From contig CAZCRK010000008.1 of NCBI GenBank assembly GCA_964501035.1, forward strand, positions 1 through 39,813: a DNA stretch of 39,813 nucleotides, read 5' to 3'. The notes beneath the pieces were generated by a model that searched no databases, was not told where the DNA came from, and saw nothing but the letters and a program-made list of their open reading frames with translations. Shown one piece after another: positions 1 through 10,497 of the stretch. Position 1 is the first letter of the stretch; each line of letters begins with the position of its first letter. The position numbers and the translations under genes were made by a program.

Positions 1-89
1 AAATTCACTATCATAAAATAATTATTGGATTACGATTCCTTTAAATTTTAATTTTCTTGACTATAATTGCTCATTATTTTGTATGATGA

Positions 90-161
90 GCCCTCTTAGT
101 TCAACGGATAGAACAAAGGTTTCCTAAACCTTAGATACAGGTTCGATTCCTGTAGAGGGTA
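90..161 (+). tRNA. tRNA-Arg (anticodon CCT)
   Basis: Cloverleaf read by eye: acceptor GCCCTCT/AGAGGGT, anticodon arm AAGGT-TTCCTAA-ACCTT, T-arm ACAGG-TTCGATT-CCTGT; CCA not encoded. Confidence 0.95.
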
Positions 162-184
162 CAAGAAAAAAAGGAAGGTATTTT

Positions 185-847
185 ATGAAAAATGAATTAA
201 AGCGAGATCCAATACTTCAAAAAATTATTGAATCTGTTGGATACATCAAAGAACAGAAACAATATTTCATTCAAGGTGTTATTGTTTTAGCAATCATTAT
301 TACAGCAATTGGATATTTTAACACAACTGCGAAGGCAAACGAAGAGTTAGCCTCTAGTCTATCTGGAAAAGCTCAAAACAGTTTTATTGATAACGAGTCA
401 AGCAATGCACTTGCAAACTTGCAAATGGTACTTGATAATTACTCCGCTTCAAAAGCAGCAGACCATGCAACTATTATGCTTTTACAGGAAGCTATTCGAA
501 ACAATGATCTTGAAAAAATTAATGAACTAGTTAATGCTTTTAATAATAATGCAGAAGATAATATTCTTGAATCATCTATTCTTCAGGTAAAAGGTATGAT
601 AGCATTAAATCAAAATGATTTCAGTTCTGCAAATAATAGTTTTGTTAAAGCATCCAGCATTTCTTCTTCTAAAACTCAAAAACATCAAAACTTATTATCT
701 AGTGTGTTTTGTCAAATAAAGCTTGGTGATTATGAAGATGCAAAATCAACTATTTTGGAATTGTTGTCAGATGAAGATATTGCATTTAATGAAAAAAATA
801 TAGCTGAAGAGTATCAAGCAGAATTACAGTTTTATTTAAATGATTAA
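185..847 (+). CDS. Membrane-anchored TPR-like protein (YfgM/TPR_21-like)
   Basis: Single N-terminal TM helix (YFIQGVIVLAIIITAIGYF) followed by helical TPR-like repeats (e.g. QIKLGDYEDAKSTILELL); SD-like GGAAGG upstream. Confidence 0.65.
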   Translation: MKNELKRDPILQKIIESVGYIKEQKQYFIQGVIVLAIIITAIGYFNTTAKANEELASSLSGKAQNSFIDNESSNALANLQMVLDNYSASKAADHATIMLLQEAIRNNDLEKINELVNAFNNNAEDNILESSILQVKGMIALNQNDFSSANNSFVKASSISSSKTQKHQNLLSSVFCQIKLGDYEDAKSTILELLSDEDIAFNEKNIAEEYQAELQFYLND

Positions 848-851
848 ACTC

Positions 852-881
852 TTGGACTAAAAATTAAAATATTACTAAATT
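852..881 (+). promoter_or_regulatory. Putative sigma70-type promoter of the nusA operon
   Basis: TTGGAC-N18-TAAATT; the same spacing recurs at several other gene starts in the window. Confidence 0.5.
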
Positions 882-890
882 ATATGGTCG

Positions 891-920
891 AGAAAGTGGG
901 GTTCAAACCCCACTTTCTTT
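891..920 (+). promoter_or_regulatory. nusA-operon leader hairpin (attenuator/terminator-like)
   Basis: Perfect inverted repeat AGAAAGTGGGGTT-CA-AACCCCACTTTCT followed by TT; resembles the GTGGG..CCCAC leader hairpin commonly seen upstream of rimP-nusA-infB. Confidence 0.7.
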
Positions 921-978
921 ATGTTAGGTATAATTATTTGTAGATCAAAACAGTTGACTTGTAAATAGGAGAAGCAAC

Positions 979-2247
979 TTGATTAATAAAAGTATAATAG
1001 AAGCTTTTAGCGATGTAGCTAAGGAAAAAAATATTGACAGAACAAATCTAAGTACAATTATTGAAGATTTGTTTATGACTCTGATATTAAAAAAATACGG
1101 AGAAGATTATGAAAACTTCAGTGTTATTGTTAATATGGAAAAAGGTGAAATAGAAATTTACCAAGAAAAAATTGTTGTTGAAGAAGTATTGGATCCTGTT
1201 GTTGAGATTAGTGTTGAGGATGCTAAAAAAGTAGAAAAAATTTTAGAAGCAGGTGATCCATTTATTGAAATACTAGATCCTTCAGATTTTGGCCGAAGAT
1301 TAATCAATACTGCAAAACAACATTTAGCACAAAAAATTCGCGACATTGAAAAACAATCAATCTATGACTCATATAAAAACAAAATTGGAGAAATATTTTC
1401 AGGTCACGTACACCAGATCCAACGAGATAGAGTATTTGTTTCTTCAGAAAATAAAATTGAATTGGTATTGCCAAAGACTGAACAAATTCCAAATGATAGA
1501 TATCGAAGAGGAGGTTCGGTTCGTGCAATTATTAAAAATGTAGAATTTACATCACGAGGTCCAGAAATTATATTATCAAGAAGCGACAATTCCTTTTTAG
1601 AACGATTGTTTGAAAAAGAAATTCCTGAAATTGAAGATGGTGTTATAGAAATCAAGGCAATTTCAAGAATTCCCGGAGATAGAAGTAAGGTTGTTGTTTT
1701 TTCTTCTGATAGAAGGATTGATGCAGTTGGTGCATGTGTGGGAATGAGAGGAAGTCGAATTCAATCTATTGTACGTGAATTAAATGGCGAAAAAATAGAT
1801 ATAATCAATTGGAGTGAGCAGCCCGAAATATTAATAACTAGAGCTTTAGCTCCTGCAAAGCCAGTAAACTTATACATTGACGAAGAAAGACCGTTTGTTG
1901 TAGCTGTTTTTGAAGATGAAGAACTACCTATTGCAATTGGCAGAAATGGTCATAATATTAAGTTGTCAAGTGAAGTTACTGGTTACTCAATTGATGCTGT
2001 AAAACGTTCAGATTATGATGGCAATCAAAAACAAGTGGTGTATCTTGATGAATTAAGCGGTATTACGGCTACTCAACTTGAATCTTTAGCTTCGCTTGAA
2101 ATTCATACTGGTGATGATTTCTTAGACTGTGATCGTGATGATTTGTTATCTTTAAGAGGAATTGGTACCAAGACTATAGAAAAAATATCAAAAATAATCA
2201 CAGACTCTGAAGTTCAGCTAGATGCTTCTGAAAGTGAAAATCAATAG
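979..2247 (+). CDS. nusA: Transcription termination/antitermination factor NusA
   Basis: FGRR..NTAKQ, S1 region, EIPEIEDG, DAVGACVGMRGSRIQSIVRELNGEKIDII, AIGRNGHN KH motifs, C-terminal HhH; TTG start with AGGAG SD. Confidence 0.98.
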   Translation: MINKSIIEAFSDVAKEKNIDRTNLSTIIEDLFMTLILKKYGEDYENFSVIVNMEKGEIEIYQEKIVVEEVLDPVVEISVEDAKKVEKILEAGDPFIEILDPSDFGRRLINTAKQHLAQKIRDIEKQSIYDSYKNKIGEIFSGHVHQIQRDRVFVSSENKIELVLPKTEQIPNDRYRRGGSVRAIIKNVEFTSRGPEIILSRSDNSFLERLFEKEIPEIEDGVIEIKAISRIPGDRSKVVVFSSDRRIDAVGACVGMRGSRIQSIVRELNGEKIDIINWSEQPEILITRALAPAKPVNLYIDEERPFVVAVFEDEELPIAIGRNGHNIKLSSEVTGYSIDAVKRSDYDGNQKQVVYLDELSGITATQLESLASLEIHTGDDFLDCDRDDLLSLRGIGTKTIEKISKIITDSEVQLDASESENQ

Positions 2248-2262
2248 GGAATTCAAGAGTAG

Positions 2263-5012
2263 ATGCCTGAAAATACAAAAAAGAAGTTTATTTTTCATAT
2301 TGCCAAAGAATTAAATATATCTCATTTAGAGATAATGAATTTCTTGAAAGGTGAAGGCATAGCTGTGTCAAGCCACATGACACCTGTGGATCATGAAATT
2401 TATGATAAAATACTAACAGAATTTTCCAAGGAAAAGCAACAGATAGAGCGTCATAGGAAAGAACAAGCGCGAAAAGCAGTTGTTGAGAAAAAAAGAGAAA
2501 TCCAAAAAACCGAACCTGTAAAACCTAGAAAAATTCTACCTTCAGTTAAAGATGACTTATCTTTAACAAGCAAGTTACGGCAAGCCAAAGATAAACTGGC
2601 AAAAAATAAACCTGAAATTGAAGCCAAAGCAAAACCAGTACAGTCTGAAACAGTTGAATCACCGCCTGAAAATGATGAACAATTAAAACCTCAAGTAACA
2701 GAAGCATTAGATAAACCTAATCAAAAAAAGAAAGATTTGCAAGTAGGTTTAAAGGTTTTGCGAAAAGCGACTGACGAAGAGAAAAAAAGTCTTCAGATTC
2801 AAAAAGAAAAAGAAATTGAGCGAAAAAAACGCAAGGTAGAGGACAAAAAGAAACCGAAACCAAAACTTATCAAGGAAGAAAAACAGCCAGAAACTATACC
2901 TAAACCTAGAAAGCTAAGGAAGATTGACGTATCTGCGATAGCAGATAAAATTAATCAATCTAAAAAAAGTAAACCTAAAAAAGATACTAAAGTTACACCT
3001 GCATCGCTTAAGCAACCTTTGCCTTCATTTGGTAAAAAAACAAAGAAGAAAGCAAAGAAAAAAGTTGATTCTAGTGAAAATTCTCCAATTGAAGTTAAAA
3101 ATATTATAAAAGTTCCTGAATTCACTACTGTTGATGAGCTTGCTCAGTCTATGAACGTTAAAGTTCAAGACGTTATTATGGTATGTATGGGTCTTGGATT
3201 GATGGTTACTATCAATCAAAGACTTGAAATGGAAACGATAATAATGGTAGCTGATGAGTTCGATTTTGAAGTAGAAACCGTAAAAGAATACGCTGAAGAA
3301 GAAGTTGAAGCAGGAGAGAGCGAAGAAGATATTCAAAATGCAACACCTCGACCGCCCGTTGTAACCATAATGGGGCATGTTGATCATGGTAAAACTTCAT
3401 TGTTAGATTATGTAAGAGATACGAACGTGATAGCTGGTGAGGCAGGTGGAATTACTCAACATATTGGTGCATATGAAGTTATGCTTAAAAATGGTAAGAA
3501 AATTACTTTTATCGATACTCCGGGTCATGCAGCTTTTACAGCGATGCGAGCTAGAGGAGCTCAAGTAACAGACTTGGTTATTATAATAGTAGCTGCTGAT
3601 GATGGGGTAATGCCACAAACCATAGAAGCATTAGATCATGCAAAAGCTGCAGGTGTACCCATTGTAATTGCAATTAATAAAGTTGATAGACCGCAATCTG
3701 ATCCTGAAAAGATTCGAAAAGAGTTGTCAGAGAGAAACTTCTTGGTTGAGGATTGGGGTGGAAAATATCAGTCAGCAGAAATATCTGCCAAAACAGGACA
3801 GGGTGTAGACGATTTAATGGAAAAAGTTCTACTTGAAGCAGATATGCTTGATTTAAAAGCAAATAAAGATACCAACGCAAAGGGTGTTGTAGTCGAGTCT
3901 AGACTTGATAAAGGCCGCGGCTCTATTGCAACTGTACTAATTCAAAAAGGAACTTTGAAATTAGGTGACATATTTGTATGCGGTACGCAATGTAGCCGAG
4001 TAAGAGCTATGTTGAATGAACGAAATGCTAAANNNNNNNNNNNNNNNNNNNNNNNNNNNNNNNNNNNNNNNNNNNNNNNNNNNNNNNNNNNNNNNNNNNN
4101 NNNNNNNNNNNNNNNNNNNNNNNNNNNNNNNNATGCGGTACGCAATGTAGCCGAGTAAGAGCTATGTTGAATGAACGAAATGCTAAAATAGATGAAGCAT
4201 TCCCGGCAGATCCCGTTCAGATTCTAGGTTTTACTGATGTTCCGAATGCGGGCGAAGTATTTACAGTATTTGAAGATGAACGAGAAGCAAAAAAGATTGC
4301 ACTAGAACGATCACAGCTAAAGCGTGAAGCTGAACAACGTAGGTTTAGAAAATTAACGCTTGATCAAATAGGTAAACAAATATCTGCCGGTGCATTACAG
4401 GAATTGGATATTATTATTAAGGGTGATGTAGATGGTTCAATAGAAGCGCTAAGTGACTCACTTATGGGCTTGTCAACCGACGAGGTATCTATTAAAATTT
4501 TACATCGTTCCGTAGGTATGATTACTGAGAATGATATCACACTTGCATCTGCTTCAAATGCAATCATAGTTGCCTTCAATGTAAATTCTTCAAGTGAGGC
4601 ACGAAGTTTGGCTAAAAAATTGGGAATTGATATTAGACATTATTCAATTATTTATGAAGCAATTAAAGAAATTAAATTAGCACTAGAGGGATTATTAGAA
4701 CCTGAAAAAATAGAGACCCCTATAGGTTACGCAGAAGTAAGAATGAAATTTAAAGTTCCTAAACTAGGCGTAATTGCAGGGTGTTACATAACAAAAGGTA
4801 AAGCAATACGTAATGCGCTTTTAAGAGTAAGTCGAAACAATGAAGTCATACATGAAGGAAAGCTAACATCTTTAAAAAGATTCAAAGATGATGTGGCTGA
4901 GGTTGCAGAAGGTTATGAATGCGGAATTGGTGTTCAAGGATTTAACACATTTGAAGAACAAGATGTTATTGAAGTATATGAAATAAAAGAAGTGAAGAGG
5001 ACATTGGCATAA
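2263..5012 (+). CDS. infB: Translation initiation factor IF-2 (one gene split by a scaffold gap; ~864 aa after collapsing)
   Basis: [28 protein letters not shown] GTPase motifs and C-terminal [14 protein letters not shown]. Removing 100 N (4033-4132) plus the 55-nt duplicate restores one frame of 2595 nt. Confidence 0.97.
3978..4187. other. Assembly gap (100 N) flanked by an exact 55-nt overlap duplication
   Basis: 3978-4032 is identical to 4133-4187. Confidence 0.95.
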
Positions 5013-5383
5013 AACAATACTCTAGCAAACCATACAAGCGTTCTGAAAGAATGGCTGATGAGATTCGTCAAATTATTGGTAATATTTTTATTTCTCAGAT
5101 AGATATTAAAAATTCTGGAATTATTACGGTTTCTAAAGTTGAAATATCGAAGGACTTGCAGTTGGCTAAAATAAGTCTGAGTTTTTTAGATAGCAAAATT
5201 GATTCAGAAGAATTATTACAAAAAATTAAAACCTTTACCAAGACTATTAGATTTCATTTAGGAAATAATTTAAACTCTAAATTTGTACCAAAACTTACTT
5301 TTCATTATGATGACTCTTTGAAGAAAGCAGAAAAAATTAATACAATTTTACATTCTATTCAAAAAGAAGAAGAAAATGTCTAG
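5009..5383 (+). CDS. rbfA: Ribosome-binding factor A (ORF track starts at 5051; likely true start is ATA at 5009)
   Basis: ITVSKVEISKDLQLAKI and PKLTFHYDDSL motifs; position between infB and truB; conserved RxxR N-terminus encoded upstream of the ATG. Start position is uncertain. Confidence 0.9.
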   Translation: MKQYSSKPYKRSERMADEIRQIIGNIFISQIDIKNSGIITVSKVEISKDLQLAKISLSFLDSKIDSEELLQKIKTFTKTIRFHLGNNLNSKFVPKLTFHYDDSLKKAEKINTILHSIQKEEENV

Positions 5384-6044
5384 AGTTACTCAAGCTATTT
5401 TACCCGTTTGGAAGCCAATAGATTGGACATCTTTTGATGTAGTTAAAAAAATCAAAAGTAAAGTTAAACCTGTCAAGGTTGGGCATGCTGGAACTTTAGA
5501 TCCTTTTGCAGAAGGTCTGCTTTTAATTTGTATTGGAAAAGCAACGAAAAAAGTTGAAAAGTTGATGTCATTAAAAAAAGAATACATTGCAAAAATAAAG
5601 TTAGGTACAGAAACCGATACACAAGATATAACTGGTAACGTTACTGATGCAATTAAGCCCAAGATATTTAGTGAAAATCAAATTAAAAATGTGTTAAATA
5701 TGTTTTTAGGTGAAATTGAACAAATTCCACCTATGTACTCAGCATTAAAGCATAAAGGACAAAGATTGTATTCTTTAGCAAGGAAAGGTATTGAAGTAGA
5801 AAGAAAACCAAGGAAAATCAATATTTACGATATTACATTACTGGATTATGGAATAGATTTTATTGAGTTTAAAGTTTTATGCGGGCGTGGTACTTATGTA
5901 AGAACTTTAGGTAGCGATATAGCAAAAAAAATGAATTCATGTGGTCATTTGGTAAAACTTAAAAGAACAAAGATTGGTGATTTTTCAGAAAAACAAGCAT
6001 TAAAAATTGAAAGTATTGAAGAGTGGTTGTCTACAGCAGCATAG
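5376..6044 (+). CDS. truB: tRNA pseudouridine(55) synthase TruB (short form)
   Basis: KP..WTSFDVV, KVGHAGTLDPFAEG, QIPPMYSALK, GTYVRTL. Confidence 0.97.
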   Translation: MSRVTQAILPVWKPIDWTSFDVVKKIKSKVKPVKVGHAGTLDPFAEGLLLICIGKATKKVEKLMSLKKEYIAKIKLGTETDTQDITGNVTDAIKPKIFSENQIKNVLNMFLGEIEQIPPMYSALKHKGQRLYSLARKGIEVERKPRKINIYDITLLDYGIDFIEFKVLCGRGTYVRTLGSDIAKKMNSCGHLVKLKRTKIGDFSEKQALKIESIEEWLSTAA

Positions 6045-6961
6045 AAACACTTCCAAAGTTTGATTCTTCAGTCATAACAATTGGCAGTTTTGACGGACTG
6101 CATCTTGGCCATATGCAGTTGTTAAAATTAACAACTCAAATTGCAAAAGAAAAAAATGTAAATAGTGTTGTTATAACATTCAACCCACATCCTAAATCTG
6201 TCTTAAATCAATCTAAAATAGAATCTCATTATTTATTACTAGATGAATCCAAAAAAAGTGAAATATTAGAAAAAGAAAAAATTGATATTCTTGTCAACAT
6301 CCCATTCACCAAAGAGTTTTCTGAAATGAATCCAGAAGATTTTCTTAAGAATATTTTAGTTGATATTTTTTCACCAACAGATGTGGTAATTGGTTTCAAT
6401 CATCATTTTGGCAAGCAAGGGCAAGGTGATTATAAATTATTAGTACAGCAAAGCAACACCTATAATTATAAAGTCCACGTAATAGATGAGTATAGTTTAC
6501 ATAGTCAAACAATAAGCAGTACAGAGATTAGAAACTGTATTTTTGATGGCGATATTTCAACTGCAAATTCATATCTTGGATGGGATTATGAAATATCTGG
6601 CACAGTTATTCATGGTGATAAAAGGGGAAAAAAGATTGGATTTCCTACGGCTAATTTAGAACCATCTAATCCAAATAAGTTAATACCCGCAAATGGGGTT
6701 TACTGTGTTCAAGTTAAACTTGAAAATTCACTGTTCTATGGGATGTGCAATATTGGAGTTCGTCCAACTTTCAAGAATAAAAATAATCGTACAATTGAAG
6801 TTCATATTTTTGATAAAGATAATTTGAGTATTTATGGAGAAAAACTAACTATTATATTCAATTGTCAACTAAGAAAAGAGAAAAAATTTGAAAATGAGAT
6901 ATATTTAAAAGAACAATTAATAAAAGATAAAGAAAATTGTTTAGAATACAATAGGTGTTAA
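6023..6961 (+). CDS. ribF: Bifunctional riboflavin kinase/FAD synthetase
   Basis: IGSFDGLHLGH, ISSTEIR, GFPTAN, NIGVRPT, IEVHIF. Confidence 0.97.
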   Translation: MVVYSSIETLPKFDSSVITIGSFDGLHLGHMQLLKLTTQIAKEKNVNSVVITFNPHPKSVLNQSKIESHYLLLDESKKSEILEKEKIDILVNIPFTKEFSEMNPEDFLKNILVDIFSPTDVVIGFNHHFGKQGQGDYKLLVQQSNTYNYKVHVIDEYSLHSQTISSTEIRNCIFDGDISTANSYLGWDYEISGTVIHGDKRGKKIGFPTANLEPSNPNKLIPANGVYCVQVKLENSLFYGMCNIGVRPTFKNKNNRTIEVHIFDKDNLSIYGEKLTIIFNCQLRKEKKFENEIYLKEQLIKDKENCLEYNRC

Positions 6962-6971
6962 AGGAGAAAAG

Positions 6972-7241
6972 ATGTCAATTGATCAAGACAAAAAAGCAGA
7001 AATAATAGAAACTTTCGGGAAAAATAGTAAAGATTCAGGTTCAGCTGAATCACAAGTTGCAATTTTGACAGAAAAAATAAACAATATCACTGAGCATTTA
7101 AAAGCGAATAAAAAGGATCATTCTGGTAGACGAGGATTACTAGGTTTGGTTTCAAAACGAAGAAAACTACTGAAATATATTAAGGCGCAAAGACCAGCTC
7201 AATATAAAGAGTTTATTGAAAAATTAAAAATAAGAAAATAA
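6972..7241 (+). CDS. rpsO: 30S ribosomal protein S15
   Basis: DSGSAESQVAILT, HLKANKKDHSGRRGLL..VSKRRKLLKY; AAGGAG SD. Confidence 0.98.
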   Translation: MSIDQDKKAEIIETFGKNSKDSGSAESQVAILTEKINNITEHLKANKKDHSGRRGLLGLVSKRRKLLKYIKAQRPAQYKEFIEKLKIRK

Positions 7242-7261
7242 GAAAAGAAGAAAGAAGAAAA

Positions 7262-9361
7262 ATGATAAGAAAAAGAATGGAGTTGTCAGGTAGAACTTTG
7301 ACAATCGAAACTGGACGTATGGCTAAACAAGCAAGTGGTTCAATACTATTAACCTATGGTGAAACTGTGCTGCTCGCTACCGCCACATCAAATAAAGAAG
7401 AAGGCGAAGACAGGGGATTTTTCCCACTTTCCGTTGAATATAGAGAAAAATTTTATGCTTCAGGTAGAATTCCTGGTGGATTTTTCAAACGTGAAGCTCG
7501 ACCAAGCGAAAAAGAAATAATTGCTTCTCGTTTAACAGATAGGCCGCTTCGACCATTATTCCCAAAAGGGTTTAATGCTGAAACACAAGTGTTTATAAAT
7601 GTGTTGTCTTTTGATGATGAAAATCAAGGAGATGTTTTAGGCACTATTGCTGCATCTGCAGCACTTGCAATTTCAGATGTGCCATGGGAAGGTCCCGTAG
7701 CCACTGTTAGAGTTGGGCGTATTGATGGACAATTTGTTGTAAATCCATTACTTTCTCAAATAGAAGAAAGTGATATGGAAATTATTGTTTCAGGAACATC
7801 CGATTCAATTGTTATGGTTGAAGGAGAAGCAGATTTTATTTCAGAAGATGATTTTTTATCTGCAATGCAATATGCATTTGAAGTAATAAAGGACATTATA
7901 GCCTTACAAGAAGAACTTGTAAAAGAATGTGGGAAAAATAAAAGAGAAGTAAAAGTACCTATCGTAAATACAGAGTTGAATTCTGCAGTTGATAAAGCTG
8001 TAGAAGGTAAAATTTCACCTCTGAATGACCCAAAAGTCAAAGCTGATAGATATGATGATATTCGATTTTTTAAAGAAGAAGTATGTGAACAGCTAAAAGA
8101 GGAATTTCCTGATGATATAGGTAAAATCAAATCATACGTTGATGATTTGATCACAGACGATTTACGCTCAAGAACACTTGCTGGTACTCGTGCAGATGGA
8201 AGAGACCTTAATACTGTAAGAGCAATTGATATTGAAACGTCAGTATTGCCAAGAACACACGGTTCTTCCTTGTTTACTCGAGGTGAAACTCAAGCACTTG
8301 CTACAGTTACATTAGGTGGGAAACGAGATGAACAAATGATAGATGATATCTCTGGCTTATCTTATAGAAAGCATATGTTGCATTATAATTTCCCTTCATT
8401 TAGTGTGGGTGAAGCACGTATGAGATTTGGATTATCTCGAAGAGAGGTAGGACATGGTAATTTAGCAGAACGTTCAATCCGTGGTGTATTGCCAGATTTT
8501 GAAGACTTTCCTTATACAATTCGAATTGTATCAGAAGTGTTGGAATCAAATGGTTCATCATCTATGGCCACTGTGTGTGGAGGTGTAATGGCACTTATGG
8601 ATGCTGGGGTTCCAATTAAGAATCCGATAGCAGGTGTTGCAATGGGTTTGGTGCTTGAAGATGAGAATAATTATGCAATCCTTACAGACATATTAGGAAC
8701 AGAAGATCATTTAGGTGATATGGATTTCAAAGTTGCTGGTACAAAAGATGGAATATCAGCGATTCAAATGGATTTAAAAATCGATGGTCTTCCAATTGAT
8801 TTAATGACAAAAGCTTTGTATCAAGCAAAAGAGGCAAGACTTCATATATTGGGCGAAATGGATAAATGCATGTCACAACCTAGAGAAGAATTGTCAAAAC
8901 ATGCTCCAAAGGTTGGCAAAGCAAAACTACCAGTTGATAAAATTGGTGATTTTATTGGCCCTGGTGGAAAAAATATAAAAGCTGTATGTGAAGAATATGA
9001 ATGCGAAGTGAATGTTGAAGAGGATGGGTTATGTATCGTTTTAGCTCAAGATTCTGAAAGTATTAAAGCAGTAGTTTCACTTATTGAATCATATAGTATG
9101 GTTTTAACACCGGGTGAAGTATATGAAGGTGAAGTTGTTAAAATAATGGAATTTGGGGCATTTGTTAGGTTAGCTCCAGGTAAAGATGGATTAGTGCATG
9201 TTTCAGAACTCCAGTGGGAAAGAACAAACAAAGTGGAGGATGTTGTAAAGGAAGGTCAAGAAGTAAAAGTTAAACTGCTAAAAGTTGATGATAAAAACAG
9301 AATCAGCTTAAGCATGAAAGCACTTCTTCCAAAACCTGAAAAGGCATCAAAAAAACAATAA
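7262..9361 (+). CDS. pnp: Polyribonucleotide nucleotidyltransferase (PNPase)
   Basis: FFPLSVEYRE, RTHGSSLFTRGETQ, SNGSSSMA, EDHLGDMDFKVAG, KH (IGPGGK) and S1 domains. Confidence 0.98.
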   Translation: MIRKRMELSGRTLTIETGRMAKQASGSILLTYGETVLLATATSNKEEGEDRGFFPLSVEYREKFYASGRIPGGFFKREARPSEKEIIASRLTDRPLRPLFPKGFNAETQVFINVLSFDDENQGDVLGTIAASAALAISDVPWEGPVATVRVGRIDGQFVVNPLLSQIEESDMEIIVSGTSDSIVMVEGEADFISEDDFLSAMQYAFEVIKDIIALQEELVKECGKNKREVKVPIVNTELNSAVDKAVEGKISPLNDPKVKADRYDDIRFFKEEVCEQLKEEFPDDIGKIKSYVDDLITDDLRSRTLAGTRADGRDLNTVRAIDIETSVLPRTHGSSLFTRGETQALATVTLGGKRDEQMIDDISGLSYRKHMLHYNFPSFSVGEARMRFGLSRREVGHGNLAERSIRGVLPDFEDFPYTIRIVSEVLESNGSSSMATVCGGVMALMDAGVPIKNPIAGVAMGLVLEDENNYAILTDILGTEDHLGDMDFKVAGTKDGISAIQMDLKIDGLPIDLMTKALYQAKEARLHILGEMDKCMSQPREELSKHAPKVGKAKLPVDKIGDFIGPGGKNIKAVCEEYECEVNVEEDGLCIVLAQDSESIKAVVSLIESYSMVLTPGEVYEGEVVKIMEFGAFVRLAPGKDGLVHVSELQWERTNKVEDVVKEGQEVKVKLLKVDDKNRISLSMKALLPKPEKASKKQ

Positions 9362-9384
9362 TCTATTATTAAAAAGGTGTTTTT

Positions 9385-10497
9385 ATGATAATTGGAATAC
9401 CAAAAGAAATAAAAAATAATGAAAACAGAGTTTCTATGATACCTTTTGGCGTTGAAGAACTCACAGCATTAGGCCATAAAGTACTCATTGAAAATAATGC
9501 TGGTATTGGCAGTGGCTTTACAAACGAAGATTATTCAAAAGCAGGTGCAGAAATAATTCAAACTGCAGTAGAAATTTTTAAAACTGCAGATATGATCATA
9601 AAAGTCAAAGAACCACAACCAGTAGAAGTAAAAATGATTCGTGAAAATCAAATTGTTTTTACATACTTCCATTTTGCAGCTGATGAAGGTTTAACTAGAG
9701 GTATAATTAAATCTAAATCTATTGCAATTGCATATGAAACTGTACAAGTTGGAAACCAATTACCTCTCTTAATTCCAATGAGTGAAGTTGCTGGAAGAAT
9801 GGCTGTTCAAAACGGTGCAAAGTGCCTTGAAGGCAGTGTTGGTGGAATCGGTAAATTATTAAGTGGAGTTCCTGGTGTAGAGCCTGCCACGGTTACTGTG
9901 TTGGGTGGTGGAATTGTTGGCATGAATGCTGCAAAACTTGCTGCGGGTCTAGGTGCAAAAGTGTATATACTTGATATTAGCGCGAATAGGTTAAAATATC
10001 TAGATGATATAATGCCAGCCAATGTTATTACTTTGTATTCCAATAAACATACTATCTTGGACTTACTTCCTAAGACAGATTTATTAATTGGTGCAGTATT
10101 AGTTGTCGGTGCGAAAGCTCCAAACTTGGTAACTAAAGATATGCTAGCCTTAATGTCTTCCGGATCTGTAATTGTTGATGTTGCTGTAGATCAAGGAGGT
10201 TGCGTGGAAACGTGTCATCCAACCACGCATGAAGACCCAATATATAAGGTTTCAGACATAATTCACTATTGTGTTGCAAATATGCCAGGTGCAGTACCTT
10301 ATACTTCTACCATTGCTTTGGCAAATACAACTTATCCGTACATTAAAATGATTGCAAATAACGGATATAGAAAAGCATTGACAGAATCTACTTCATTACT
10401 TTCTGGTTTAAATATTTTTAAAGGTAAAGTAACGCATCAAGGAGTATCTGATGCATTTAATTTAGATTACACTAAACCAGAAATTGCAATTTCTTAA
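9385..10497 (+). CDS. ald: Alanine dehydrogenase
   Basis: MIIGIPKEIKNNENRV, PMSEVAGR, GGGIVG, DVAVDQGGC, HYCVANMPGAVP. Confidence 0.96.
   Translation: MIIGIPKEIKNNENRVSMIPFGVEELTALGHKVLIENNAGIGSGFTNEDYSKAGAEIIQTAVEIFKTADMIIKVKEPQPVEVKMIRENQIVFTYFHFAADEGLTRGIIKSKSIAIAYETVQVGNQLPLLIPMSEVAGRMAVQNGAKCLEGSVGGIGKLLSGVPGVEPATVTVLGGGIVGMNAAKLAAGLGAKVYILDISANRLKYLDDIMPANVITLYSNKHTILDLLPKTDLLIGAVLVVGAKAPNLVTKDMLALMSSGSVIVDVAVDQGGCVETCHPTTHEDPIYKVSDIIHYCVANMPGAVPYTSTIALANTTYPYIKMIANNGYRKALTESTSLLSGLNIFKGKVTHQGVSDAFNLDYTKPEIAIS

Noticed and set aside
2450..3100. Lys/Glu/Pro-rich low-complexity stretch
   Set aside because: Normal variable N-terminal linker of IF-2
3978..4187. Apparent split or frameshifted infB with a 55-nt direct repeat (programmed frameshift, insertion or pseudogene)
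   Set aside because: The repeat flanks exactly 100 Ns and collapsing it restores a continuous frame; typical k-mer-overlap scaffolding artefact
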